Of a stretch of DNA of 25,506 bases, positions 9,520 through 17,940 are shown piece by piece. A program made the position numbers and the translations under genes. Where the stretch lies: the NCBI GenBank assembly GCA_048941265.1, contig JBHLNT010000053.1, positions 1 through 25,506 of the forward strand. Direction: 5' to 3'. The notes under the pieces are model-generated. The model made no database searches and was not told where the DNA came from. It worked only from the letters and a program-made list of their open reading frames with translations. Each line of letters starts with the position of its first letter. The first letter of the stretch is position 1. The DNA is from Promethearchaeota archaeon. Its GTDB lineage: Archaea > Asgardarchaeota > Lokiarchaeia > Sigyniarchaeales > SOKP01.

Positions 9520-10929
9520 ATGAAAGAAGAGAATGAAATTGATTTATCAGAATGGGAGCAAGCATCTACAAAAAAAATGATTCACTATTCTTTTGGCTTC
9601 CTTCTTATTTATTTTATGGGTGCTCAATTTAATACTTATGTTTTTTACTATTATGAGGTAGAGGTTGGTTTACCTGTTGCATTATTAGGACTTGCTTTTG
9701 TAATATTTGCGTTATGGAATATGATCAATGATCCACTCGTTGGGTATCTTACTGATAGACCTTTTCATTGGACTAAAAAATGGGGATGGAGGTTTCCATG
9801 GATTATAATAGCAATCATACCATATCTTTTATGTTGGTTTTTTCTTTTTGCAGTCCCTGAGGTTATAATCGATCAAACAGACCCATGGCCTCTTTTTTGG
9901 TATTTTGTAATTATAGCATGCTTATTTGACACTTTTTATTCCCTTTATTCTACGCATGTTAATGCGGGATATACGATTCATTTTCGTACAGATGCAGAAC
10001 GCAGGAAAGCAAGTGCGATAACACTTGCAGTTCCTCGTATCTTTATGGTTATGATGGGTTTTACAGTACCCTATTTTTATGTATACGGAGATAGGAGTTC
10101 TATGATTTTCGCACAAAGTTTGATAATTTTTATATTAATAATCTGTATCCTCATTTTCATACCTGGTATACGTGAATCTGAGGTTATTAAAGAACGTTTC
10201 CTTCGAGGTTATGCGTCTACAGGAAAACTATCATTCTTTAATACAATGGAAACTGCCTTTAAACAGAGGAATTTTGTTTCTGCACTTTTGGTGTTTATGC
10301 TATTGAGTTTAGCGGGGATTTTAAATACAGCATCAGGAGTCTATTTCATGAAAGATGTTTTAAGATTACCTCTATATAACGCTATTTTTGTCGGATTAGC
10401 AACATTTATAGGTTTTATGCTGTTTATCCCATTTTGGGCGAATACAGTTAGGAGAATTGGGCATGTAAAAACAATGAAATTAAGTCTAATATTAATTGCT
10501 TTTGCATATCTCCCTGCATTGTGGATAACAACCTTACTTGAAGCCATAATATATGCATTTTTAGCCGGTTTTATTGCTGGTGCCTTTTGGATTACATTAG
10601 GACCAATTACTGCTGATGTTAATGATGAGAATACTGTTACTATAGGGAAGCATCAAGAAGGTGCACTTGCTGGAATTAGGACATTTTTCTTTAGATTTGC
10701 CCTCATCTTCCAAGCCGTCATTTTTACTGTAGTGCACATTAATACAGGATACAATCCTAACCCTAAAGCCATACAAACACCTCTAGCTGTATGGGGTATA
10801 AGAATTCACATGGGATTGATTCCAGCTATTTTAGCTATTTTAGCATTCATTATTATGATGCGGTGGTACGATCTAGAAGGAGAAAAAAAAATTTTAATTA
10901 AACAGAAGTTAAAAGATATGGGTCTTTAA
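9520..10929 (+). CDS. MFS transporter, GPH/MelB-like family, close paralogue of 2932..4329
   Basis: WNMINDPLVGYLTD. Shares DLS.WE.AST.KM, YEVE.GLP, GIRTFFFR.A, AIQTPLA.WGIRIH and KLKD.G with the 2932 gene. Confidence 0.93.
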   Translation: MKEENEIDLSEWEQASTKKMIHYSFGFLLIYFMGAQFNTYVFYYYEVEVGLPVALLGLAFVIFALWNMINDPLVGYLTDRPFHWTKKWGWRFPWIIIAIIPYLLCWFFLFAVPEVIIDQTDPWPLFWYFVIIACLFDTFYSLYSTHVNAGYTIHFRTDAERRKASAITLAVPRIFMVMMGFTVPYFYVYGDRSSMIFAQSLIIFILIICILIFIPGIRESEVIKERFLRGYASTGKLSFFNTMETAFKQRNFVSALLVFMLLSLAGILNTASGVYFMKDVLRLPLYNAIFVGLATFIGFMLFIPFWANTVRRIGHVKTMKLSLILIAFAYLPALWITTLLEAIIYAFLAGFIAGAFWITLGPITADVNDENTVTIGKHQEGALAGIRTFFFRFALIFQAVIFTVVHINTGYNPNPKAIQTPLAVWGIRIHMGLIPAILAILAFIIMMRWYDLEGEKKILIKQKLKDMGL

Positions 10930-10995
10930 GCAAATTTTAGCCACATATTCAAGTTTCTTCTTTTTAAACTTTTTTATTTAATGCAATATTAACTA

Positions 10996-11013
10996 TAGAA
11001 ATCTTTTTTAGAA
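10996..11013 (+). promoter_or_regulatory. Second copy of the promoter/operator-like motif, TAGAAATCTTTTTTAGAA
   Basis: Matches 9403-9421 and lies about 77 nt upstream of the corrected SDR start. Confidence 0.35.
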
Positions 11014-11089
11014 GAATAAATCCTATTTATTATTGAAAGTGCGATAAATCTTAATGAAATTTCATATATAATTTAATCGGTGATTAATT

Positions 11090-12412
11090 ATAAAAGAGTT
11101 TAAAGATAAGGTTGCAGTTATAACCGGTGGAGGCAGTGGTATAGGACGTGCTTTAGCCCATGCATTCGCTAAACGGGGTATGAAAATTGTAATAGTAGAT
11201 ATAAATCAGGAAGCTCTAAAAAAGGTATCAGATGAAGTAGAAGAAATAGGAACCGAAGTGATATCTTTAGTGGTTGATGTGAGTGATCCTGATCAAGTTA
11301 TTCGTCTCGCAGATGCTGCTTATGAGCGCTTTGGGAAAGTTAACATACTCTGTAATAATGCTGGTGTATCATCAGCCGGTCCAATACAATTTTTAACTCT
11401 AAAAGATTGGGACTGGGTGCTAAGTGTTAATTTATTTGGTGTTATTCATGGTGTAAAGGCATTTTTAGCGCGTATGTTAAAAAGTAAAGAAAACTGTCAC
11501 ATTGTAAATACGGCCTCTTTGGCAGGACTTATATCCGTAGAATCAGGACCATATACCGCTTCAAAATTTGCAGTAGTGGCAATTAGTGAACTATTGAAAC
11601 AGCAATGTTTTAATACTAATGTAAGTGTCTCTGTTCTCTGCCCTGGTTTTGTTGTAACCGAAATTTTAAAAAATATGGAGAAATTCAGGGAGGAAAAACC
11701 TGATTTATTTAAATTAACACCAGATATGCAAGAAATGGCAAAACCTTTTATGGACATTGTTGAAAAATTGTTCTACTCTGGAATGCATCCTGATGTTTTA
11801 GCAGAATTGGTAATTAAAGCAATAGAAAAAGACATTTTCTATATAGTTACTCATCCAGAATTTATCCCAAATATTAAAGCTCGCTTTGAGAATATCTACT
11901 CGGATACGTTAGAGTTACATGGACGAGTTGATAAATATACTGAAAAATTCCAATTATCCAATGAAACTGATTTAATAACCTTTGAACACAAAGTACCTAA
12001 TTTTTCTATTTCCTATCCGAATGATTGGACTCAAGTAAATCTTGTGCCAACTCCTCTCTTACGCCCTATTTTTCTGGCCCTAGGACCTGGTACTGGATTA
12101 TCTTTATTTATTAGCATTTCAAAAAAATCTCAAGATATGCAATTAGAAGATACGCCAAAAAAAATAATCCGTTTTTTAAAATCGGGTGGTAATGAGATTA
12201 AAATAATATCAAGTCAACAATCGAATCTGAAAGATGGTACTCCAGCTAATGAGACTGTAATTGAGTATATGAGATTAGGCTTTACTAAATCCAAGGCTCT
12301 ATGTGTTTCTGTATTTAAAGATAATAAAGTGATTCGTATAATTCTATCATCAATTGCTAACTTTTATAGCGAAGAACTTAAAAAAATTGCCTACTCCATG
12401 GAATTCAAATAA
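11090..12412 (+). CDS. SDR oxidoreductase fused to a C-terminal PsbP/Mog1-like domain; start extended to ATA 11090
   Basis: Upstream of ATG 11180 the frame reads IKEFKDKVAVITGGGSGIGRALAHAFAKRG (Rossmann TGxxxGIG at 11123-11146), bounded by TGA 11081-11083. NNAG and catalytic YTASK are present. The C-terminal region has FSISYPNDW and LKDGTPA. Confidence 0.85.
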   Translation: MKEFKDKVAVITGGGSGIGRALAHAFAKRGMKIVIVDINQEALKKVSDEVEEIGTEVISLVVDVSDPDQVIRLADAAYERFGKVNILCNNAGVSSAGPIQFLTLKDWDWVLSVNLFGVIHGVKAFLARMLKSKENCHIVNTASLAGLISVESGPYTASKFAVVAISELLKQQCFNTNVSVSVLCPGFVVTEILKNMEKFREEKPDLFKLTPDMQEMAKPFMDIVEKLFYSGMHPDVLAELVIKAIEKDIFYIVTHPEFIPNIKARFENIYSDTLELHGRVDKYTEKFQLSNETDLITFEHKVPNFSISYPNDWTQVNLVPTPLLRPIFLALGPGTGLSLFISISKKSQDMQLEDTPKKIIRFLKSGGNEIKIISSQQSNLKDGTPANETVIEYMRLGFTKSKALCVSVFKDNKVIRIILSSIANFYSEELKKIAYSMEFK

Positions 12413-12538
12413 TAGGCATTTCCTGTCTTTATAAATTCTCCTCAATTATAATCTTTTTATTAAAATTATTAAGTTTGATGAATTATATTATGTACAATTG
12501 CTTTTTCAAAAAATCAACTTTTTCAGGAAACTAAGATT

Positions 12539-13744
12539 TTGAAACCTTTTTCGCTACTGATAAAACCAGCTTCAGCAGATTGTAATTTGAGATGTGAATA
12601 TTGTTTCTATATTGACCATTTAGAGGAAGGAATAAAAGCTCCTCGCATGTCTGATGAAATCTTGGAACTTATGATAAAAAGCTATATGAGCACAAACCAA
12701 AATAACAATTATTCTTTTGGTTGGCAGGGAGGAGAGCCGACAATAATGGGGCTTAAATTTTTTAAACGGGTTGTAGAACTTCAACAAAAATATGGGTCCC
12801 CTGGTGCCGTTGTAAGTAATGGTCTTCAGACTAATGGAACGCTCATCACCGAAGAGATGGCAAAATTTTTTGCTGAATATAAATTTTTACTTGGAGTGAG
12901 CCTTGATGGTCCTGCGTATCTCCATGATTATTATAGGAAAACTATTGGCCAGAAACCGACACATCAATTAGTTCTACAGGGAATTGAAAATTTAAAGAAA
13001 TTTAACGTGGAATTTAATATTTTGATATTAATAAATAATAAAACAGTGAAGAAAGCAACGGAAATTTATCAATATCTCAAAGAGAAAGGTTTTTATTATC
13101 ATCAATATATACCCTGTGTCGAATATGATGAAAATAATAAACCCCATCCTTATTCAATTACCGGAGCAGAATGGGGTGCCTTCCTATGTGAGATTTTTGA
13201 TCAATGGATAAAAGAAGATGTTTATAGAGTATCAATTCGATTATTTGATTCGGTTTTAGAATATTTAATATATGGGAGATATAACGTTTGTGTTATGAAC
13301 AAGGATTGTTGTCAATATTTTGTGGTTGAGTATGATGGTAGTGTGTATCCCTGTGATTTCTTTGTAAGGGAGGATTTATTTCTCGGAAATTTGAAAACCG
13401 GAACATGGGAAGACTTTATGAACTCTCCAATTTATCATCGTTTTGGACAGCAAAAAGCCATTTGGAATAAAGAATGTAATCTATGTCCATTCTTAGATTT
13501 TTGTCATGGAGACTGTCAAAAAATACGTGTGGGTGGTACAGGATCACCAAAAACTCTAAGCGTATTATGCAACGGTTGGAAAAAATTTTATGCTCATACA
13601 CTACCTCACTTTGAGAATCTGGCAAATAAAATCAAATTTGAAAGGAATATTAGATCGCCAATGCCAGTTAAAGTTAAAAAATATGGACGTAACGATCCTT
13701 GTCCCTGTGGAAGTGGCAAAAAATACAAAAATTGTTGTATTTAG
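12539..13744 (+). CDS. Anaerobic sulfatase-maturating enzyme (radical SAM/SPASM) with C-terminal SEC-C motif
   Basis: IKPASADCNLRCEYCFY, WQGGEP, LQTNG, GVSLDG, SPASM cysteines (CVMNKDCC, YPCD, CNLCPFLDFCHGDC) and GRNDPCPCGSGKKYKNCC. TTG start. Confidence 0.93.
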   Translation: MKPFSLLIKPASADCNLRCEYCFYIDHLEEGIKAPRMSDEILELMIKSYMSTNQNNNYSFGWQGGEPTIMGLKFFKRVVELQQKYGSPGAVVSNGLQTNGTLITEEMAKFFAEYKFLLGVSLDGPAYLHDYYRKTIGQKPTHQLVLQGIENLKKFNVEFNILILINNKTVKKATEIYQYLKEKGFYYHQYIPCVEYDENNKPHPYSITGAEWGAFLCEIFDQWIKEDVYRVSIRLFDSVLEYLIYGRYNVCVMNKDCCQYFVVEYDGSVYPCDFFVREDLFLGNLKTGTWEDFMNSPIYHRFGQQKAIWNKECNLCPFLDFCHGDCQKIRVGGTGSPKTLSVLCNGWKKFYAHTLPHFENLANKIKFERNIRSPMPVKVKKYGRNDPCPCGSGKKYKNCCI

Positions 13745-13799
13745 TACTATTATATATATTATTATTGCGAACCCTGAAAATTGATATCCGCAAATAGAA

Positions 13800-14048
13800 T
13801 ACACTAAAGACTTTTTTTAAATTGTGGCTTTACCGAAACGAGGTAATGGATTCGTATTGACTAATTCGCAAGGAGATCCTTTGGAGTATAATAATCTTAT
13901 CGTTGATGAGGAGCATATAGATATTGAAAGTGAATTGAAAGAAGCACTTTTTAAATGGTTATTAGACAGGTATTATATTATTCCAAAAAGCCATACCCTT
14001 AGTAAGAAATTTATTGAAAACCAAGAAACACCATCTCTTAATTTTTAA
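13800..14048 (+). pseudogene. C-terminal relic of a sulfatase gene
   Basis: TKDF/KLWLY followed, after frame disruption, by GDPLEYNNLIVDEEHIDIESELKEALFKWLL. This resembles the DPxExxNL...L..WL terminus of sulfatases. Confidence 0.55.
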
Positions 14049-14308
14049 ATTTTTAAATTCTCACTCATTAAATCAATATGTTAATGAGGTGCCAAATTAT
14101 TGCAATAAGCCCCGTTTAATTGGGGATAAAGTCCACATAATATCGCTCCACATGCAGGTGTGCACAATGGACTTGCATTTTATGCTCATTCAAATCTAAC
14201 TCCTTCGCTTGCTAATCTGTCTAGGTTTGTTGTATCAACTTTAGGATTTCCATAAGCTCCTACCATGGATTTATTTTGGGTAACTGTCATAATGATTACA
14301 AAATTCAT
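14045..14308 (-). pseudogene. N-terminal relic of a YidJ-like Cys-type sulfatase
   Basis: GGAGA SD, then ATG 14308: MNFVIIMTVTQNKSMVGAYGNPKVDTTNLDRLASEGVRFE*A*NASPLCTPACGAILCGLYPQLNGAYCNNLAPH*HIDLM. Stops at 14186-14188, 14180-14182 and 14081-14083. CxPxR has decayed to CTPAC. Confidence 0.88.
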
Positions 14309-14564
14309 TTAATCTTCTCCCCCTTACTTTCAATATTTCTTTAAGTCATTATTATCAATTTTATGAGTTTTAAATCAATCATTTTTAATGAATTTACTGA
14401 AAGGTTATTAATAAAAATCTCTAGTTTAGAAGCTCGATAGCTAGAGAATAGGACATCTAATTAAATTTATAGGTTTTTTGATATCCTTAGCATGAGGTAA
14501 ATGAACTTAATAAGGATTATATTTATTATAAATAAAAAAAAGATTAAAGATTTTATTTTAGAAT

Positions 14565-15290
14565 TTATTTTTTCACCCATTTTGGCAAGAAGAATCCATA
14601 ATAATATGTAAAAACACTAAGAATTAGAAACAATTTTGCAATTATGCCGAAAATGGGATATATGGTTTCAAGCATGGCATCAGAAATTCCACCAAAAAAG
14701 AGCATTATAAAAGCTACGAATAAAAATTTTCCCTTTAATTTTATATCGTGATCATTGCTTTTTATCCCAGTAATAGATAAATGTATGCCCGTAATTAACG
14801 TTATTATGAAAAGAATTGAAATAAAGATCATTATTGGTAACCCATATTGAAATTCAAATTGGGACTGCATTGTTCCAATAAGATTTGGGAAATAGAAATA
14901 AATGTAGAGGGCTAATATTTCAAAGAAAATACATATTGCTATGCTTATCCACTTCACTTTATTCTTATACCTTGGATAATTAATGCATGCAACCGCGTAA
15001 AACCAACACAAAGCAACGAGAGGAGATAAATATACATTGCATATCAAGAACAATATCAAAAATTCACCAGAGTAACCAAATACCATTAAGGAAAGAAATA
15101 CAACAACACCTGGGATATAGCCTGTTGTAAAAGAAAGCCACGATAAACCCACCCATAAAAACTCTTCCTTTTTAAAAGAAACATATTTCATGAAAAATTT
15201 AACGCTTAATATATATCCTACGATTACTAAACCTAATCTAAAAATTTCTGTAAAAAATACAATGGTATCTAACGAATCCAATTTTCTCAC
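14565..15290 (-). CDS. Seven-TM hypothetical membrane protein (Lokiarchaeia-type family)
   Basis: Seven hydrophobic segments by eye, a KS.D..IKLKGKFL loop before TM6 and a YYGFFLPKWVKK terminus. GTG start. Confidence 0.75.
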   Translation of the reverse strand: MRKLDSLDTIVFFTEIFRLGLVIVGYILSVKFFMKYVSFKKEEFLWVGLSWLSFTTGYIPGVVVFLSLMVFGYSGEFLILFLICNVYLSPLVALCWFYAVACINYPRYKNKVKWISIAICIFFEILALYIYFYFPNLIGTMQSQFEFQYGLPIMIFISILFIITLITGIHLSITGIKSNDHDIKLKGKFLFVAFIMLFFGGISDAMLETIYPIFGIIAKLFLILSVFTYYYGFFLPKWVKK

Positions 15291-15329
15291 ATCCTTTTAT
15301 TTTTTATTTTCATATTTTCTAACATAAAT

Positions 15330-16469
15330 TTAATAATTCTTTTTAAAATACTCAATTACTTCTTTAATACAATCATGTGAAGTATTAATCTTAGTTAAAT
15401 CGCTAAAAAATGTAAGATTAAAGAGAACTATGTGTCTTAGACCAACATTAATGTAATTCTCTAATTCTTGAATAATGTCTTCAGGGGTACCATGTACAAT
15501 GATTTTTTCACATATTTCGAGCGGAATTTTATCGAAGGCATCTAATACGGAATCCCTGCTATGTCTCGTTGGAATGAAATCAATGAGTCCTCTAAAATCT
15601 TTCCCTAAAGGATGTTTAAAACCAAAAGTCTCATAAATTTTACTTGGAAGTACTAAGCTTTGTAATTTACCTATGGGACTATTTATTAATTTATGGCATT
15701 CTTCGTGGTCATTCTCTATTATTAGAGGAATAAAAAGTGATGGAGTGATACTTTCTGGGTTTCTTTTTGCTTTTTTTGCAGAATTTAACACATTATTGAG
15801 CTTTTCTTTATAGATTTGAATATTAAAACAGTTAGGAAACAATGGAATCCATCCATCGGCAACCCTACCCGTAAGATCCAACATTTTAGGACCATGGGCA
15901 GCAATCCAAATTGGTGGCGGCTTACGTTTCTTAATAGGTGACAAACCTATCACCGCATCATCTAATTTAAAAATATCTCCTTTAAAACTAACTTTTTCAT
16001 CATTATCAAAAAATAATTTAATGATCTGTATTGCTTCTTCAAGTCTTTTAAAGGGTTTATCCCATTTGATCCCATAAGGAATTATATTCTCTTGCTCTCC
16101 CGCACCCAATCCAAGAATGGTACGACCTTTTGATAAATGATCAATAGAAAGAATGCTTTGAGCAATTAGAGCAGGGTGACGCCTGAAAGCTTCTGTCACG
16201 CACGTTCCCAGAATTGGTTTTTTCGTATTCAAGGCAGCTACTGCCATCATTGTAAAAGTTTCTAGATGACAATGTGCATTATCCATATATTTAGCAAGCG
16301 TAAAGACATCGGGAGTCCAGATTGATTCGGGCATGATTCCCATGAGATGATCTTCAAACCAAATAGAATCATATCCAATTTTCTCGAATGTTTTAATTAG
16401 CTCGATTCCTGTTTTGATTGGAGGATATAACGTGCAATCGCCTCCGATTTTTATATTCGTAATATCCAT
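15330..16469 (-). CDS. LLM-class (luciferase-like) flavin/F420-dependent oxidoreductase
   Basis: GYDSIWFEDHL, GTCVTEAFRRHPALIAQ, DHLSKGRTILGLGAGE, PPPIWIAAHGPKML..GRVADGW and GTPED. Resembles the Rv2951c-like ketoreductase subgroup. Confidence 0.88.
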   Translation of the reverse strand: MDITNIKIGGDCTLYPPIKTGIELIKTFEKIGYDSIWFEDHLMGIMPESIWTPDVFTLAKYMDNAHCHLETFTMMAVAALNTKKPILGTCVTEAFRRHPALIAQSILSIDHLSKGRTILGLGAGEQENIIPYGIKWDKPFKRLEEAIQIIKLFFDNDEKVSFKGDIFKLDDAVIGLSPIKKRKPPPIWIAAHGPKMLDLTGRVADGWIPLFPNCFNIQIYKEKLNNVLNSAKKAKRNPESITPSLFIPLIIENDHEECHKLINSPIGKLQSLVLPSKIYETFGFKHPLGKDFRGLIDFIPTRHSRDSVLDAFDKIPLEICEKIIVHGTPEDIIQELENYINVGLRHIVLFNLTFFSDLTKINTSHDCIKEVIEYFKKNY

Positions 16470-16580
16470 TTTTTATCAGATCTCGAGTTGATTTGATAAT
16501 TTTAGACTATAATGTTTAAGAAAAATATTAGATATTATTTAATTTAAAACTAATTCTTCATTTTTTCCTATTTTGTCTAA

Positions 16581-16630
16581 AAGTTGGATGGTAAATAAAA
16601 TCAAGTTTATCATCCATATTTTTCCAACTT
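16581..16630. repeat. Nested inverted repeats upstream of the LLM gene
   Basis: AAGTTGGA (16581-16588) pairs with TCCAACTT (16623-16630). GGATGGTAAA (16586-16595) pairs with TTTATCATCC (16606-16615). Confidence 0.55.
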
Positions 16631-16699
16631 CAAGGGAAGCCGATTTATTAAAAACAAATTTAAAATTTCATGATTTTTATTAATAAATTCAAACTCTTT

Positions 16700-17863
16700 C
16701 TAATTGGCTAATTCGATAGCTAGCTGAACCAGACTTCTAATAATTTTTACGGTTTTATTAATATCTACTGCTTTAGGCCAGCGATCCTCAGGGTGATGAA
16801 AATAATTATTAGTCCCTATTAAAGAAAAGTAGCGTCCTCCCTTCTCATGGATATTTCGAGCTTCGCTTCTAGGAGGTAATTCGCCTATTTTCATGCAAAA
16901 ATCAGGTTTCACACCTTCATTTGCAATACATTTCAGAGCTAATTCTTGGATTTCCATATCTGAGGCTTGAGTAATGATTAAAGGAGGAGATTTTATGCCA
17001 AAATGGGTTAAATCTGCAGCAGCAAAATTAGCGCCCAAGTGTATCCAAGCGATGGTATTTTTTACTAATCCTGGATGGGTGGTTATATAATGTTCCATTC
17101 CAATATTCCCCAATTTATGACCAGTATTAGCAAGAAATATTATAGTTCTTTTCGAAGATATAGAAGATAATTTGCGCATTATTTCTAAAAATCCAGCGAT
17201 TCCTCCACCACGCTCTGAGGCACATTGCCACCAACCACTACGTGGTGTTGTAATTATTAAAGGAGGTAATTCGGATTGTTTACCTTCTAATTTTGCTACA
17301 ACATTAAAAACTTTTACCTTGGTCCGAATACTCTCGATAATCATTGTCGCTTCTGCATTTACTCTGGACTTTTGCTCAATCCAAGGTCAAGATTCATTAG
17401 AAATCTGTAAAACTGGTGGTCCAAAGGATTTTTTAAAATTATAAGCATTGATAAGAAAGAGTCCAGGAAAAGCGCCTTCCTTTGCAATAACTAAACCCCA
17501 ATGACGGTTACGAGATCGTTCCTTTTCAAGGTTTTGATCATGAGATATTAGAGAAGAACCTAAAGCTGTATTACTATTAAATTTACTGAGAGAGCCTGTA
17601 ATTACTTCATTATCATTAGTAATACTATCAAACATAGGAACGCCCTTTATTTTTTGTTCTCCAATTTTTAAATAAGCCTCTTTAATATCTAATCTATTTA
17701 TATTGAATCCATCCAATACTGGTTCTAGTCCTAATGATTTGATTTCATCAGCAAGCCATTCAGCATTCTTTATATCTCCCTCTGTTCCGGTACGATGAAT
17801 CCCTTGATTATCATAGATTTCAATAATTTCTGAAATTCGCTGCTTTTGCTTCTTAATTGACAT
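16700..17863 (-). pseudogene. M28-like Zn-exopeptidase-fold gene interrupted by one in-frame TGA
   Basis: ORFs 17387..17863 and 16700..17344 share a frame: ...GPPVLQISNES*PWIEQKSRVNAEATMIIES... (TGA 17387-17389). Motifs HRTGTEGD, NVVA, TPRSGWW..ASERGGG and FHHP.D. GHKLG stands where GHELG is expected. Confidence 0.75.
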
Positions 17864-17940
17864 TCTCTGTTGTTTAATTTCTTTTAATAATAATAAGAAA
17901 TAATATCTAAATAGCTAAAAAAAAATTACTTGATGAATTT

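Noticed and set aside
13684-13741. SEC-C motif as evidence for SecA or a novel fusion
   Set aside because: SEC-C tails on sulfatase maturases are already known.
14180-14188. TGA in the sulfatase relic as selenocysteine or an alternative genetic code
   Set aside because: It is accompanied by TAA stops, loss of catalytic-motif residues and truncation. Intact genes here end in TAA, TAG and TGA normally.
14014-14199. 61-aa plus-strand ORF
   Set aside because: It is antisense to the sulfatase N-terminal relic, which has clear motifs.
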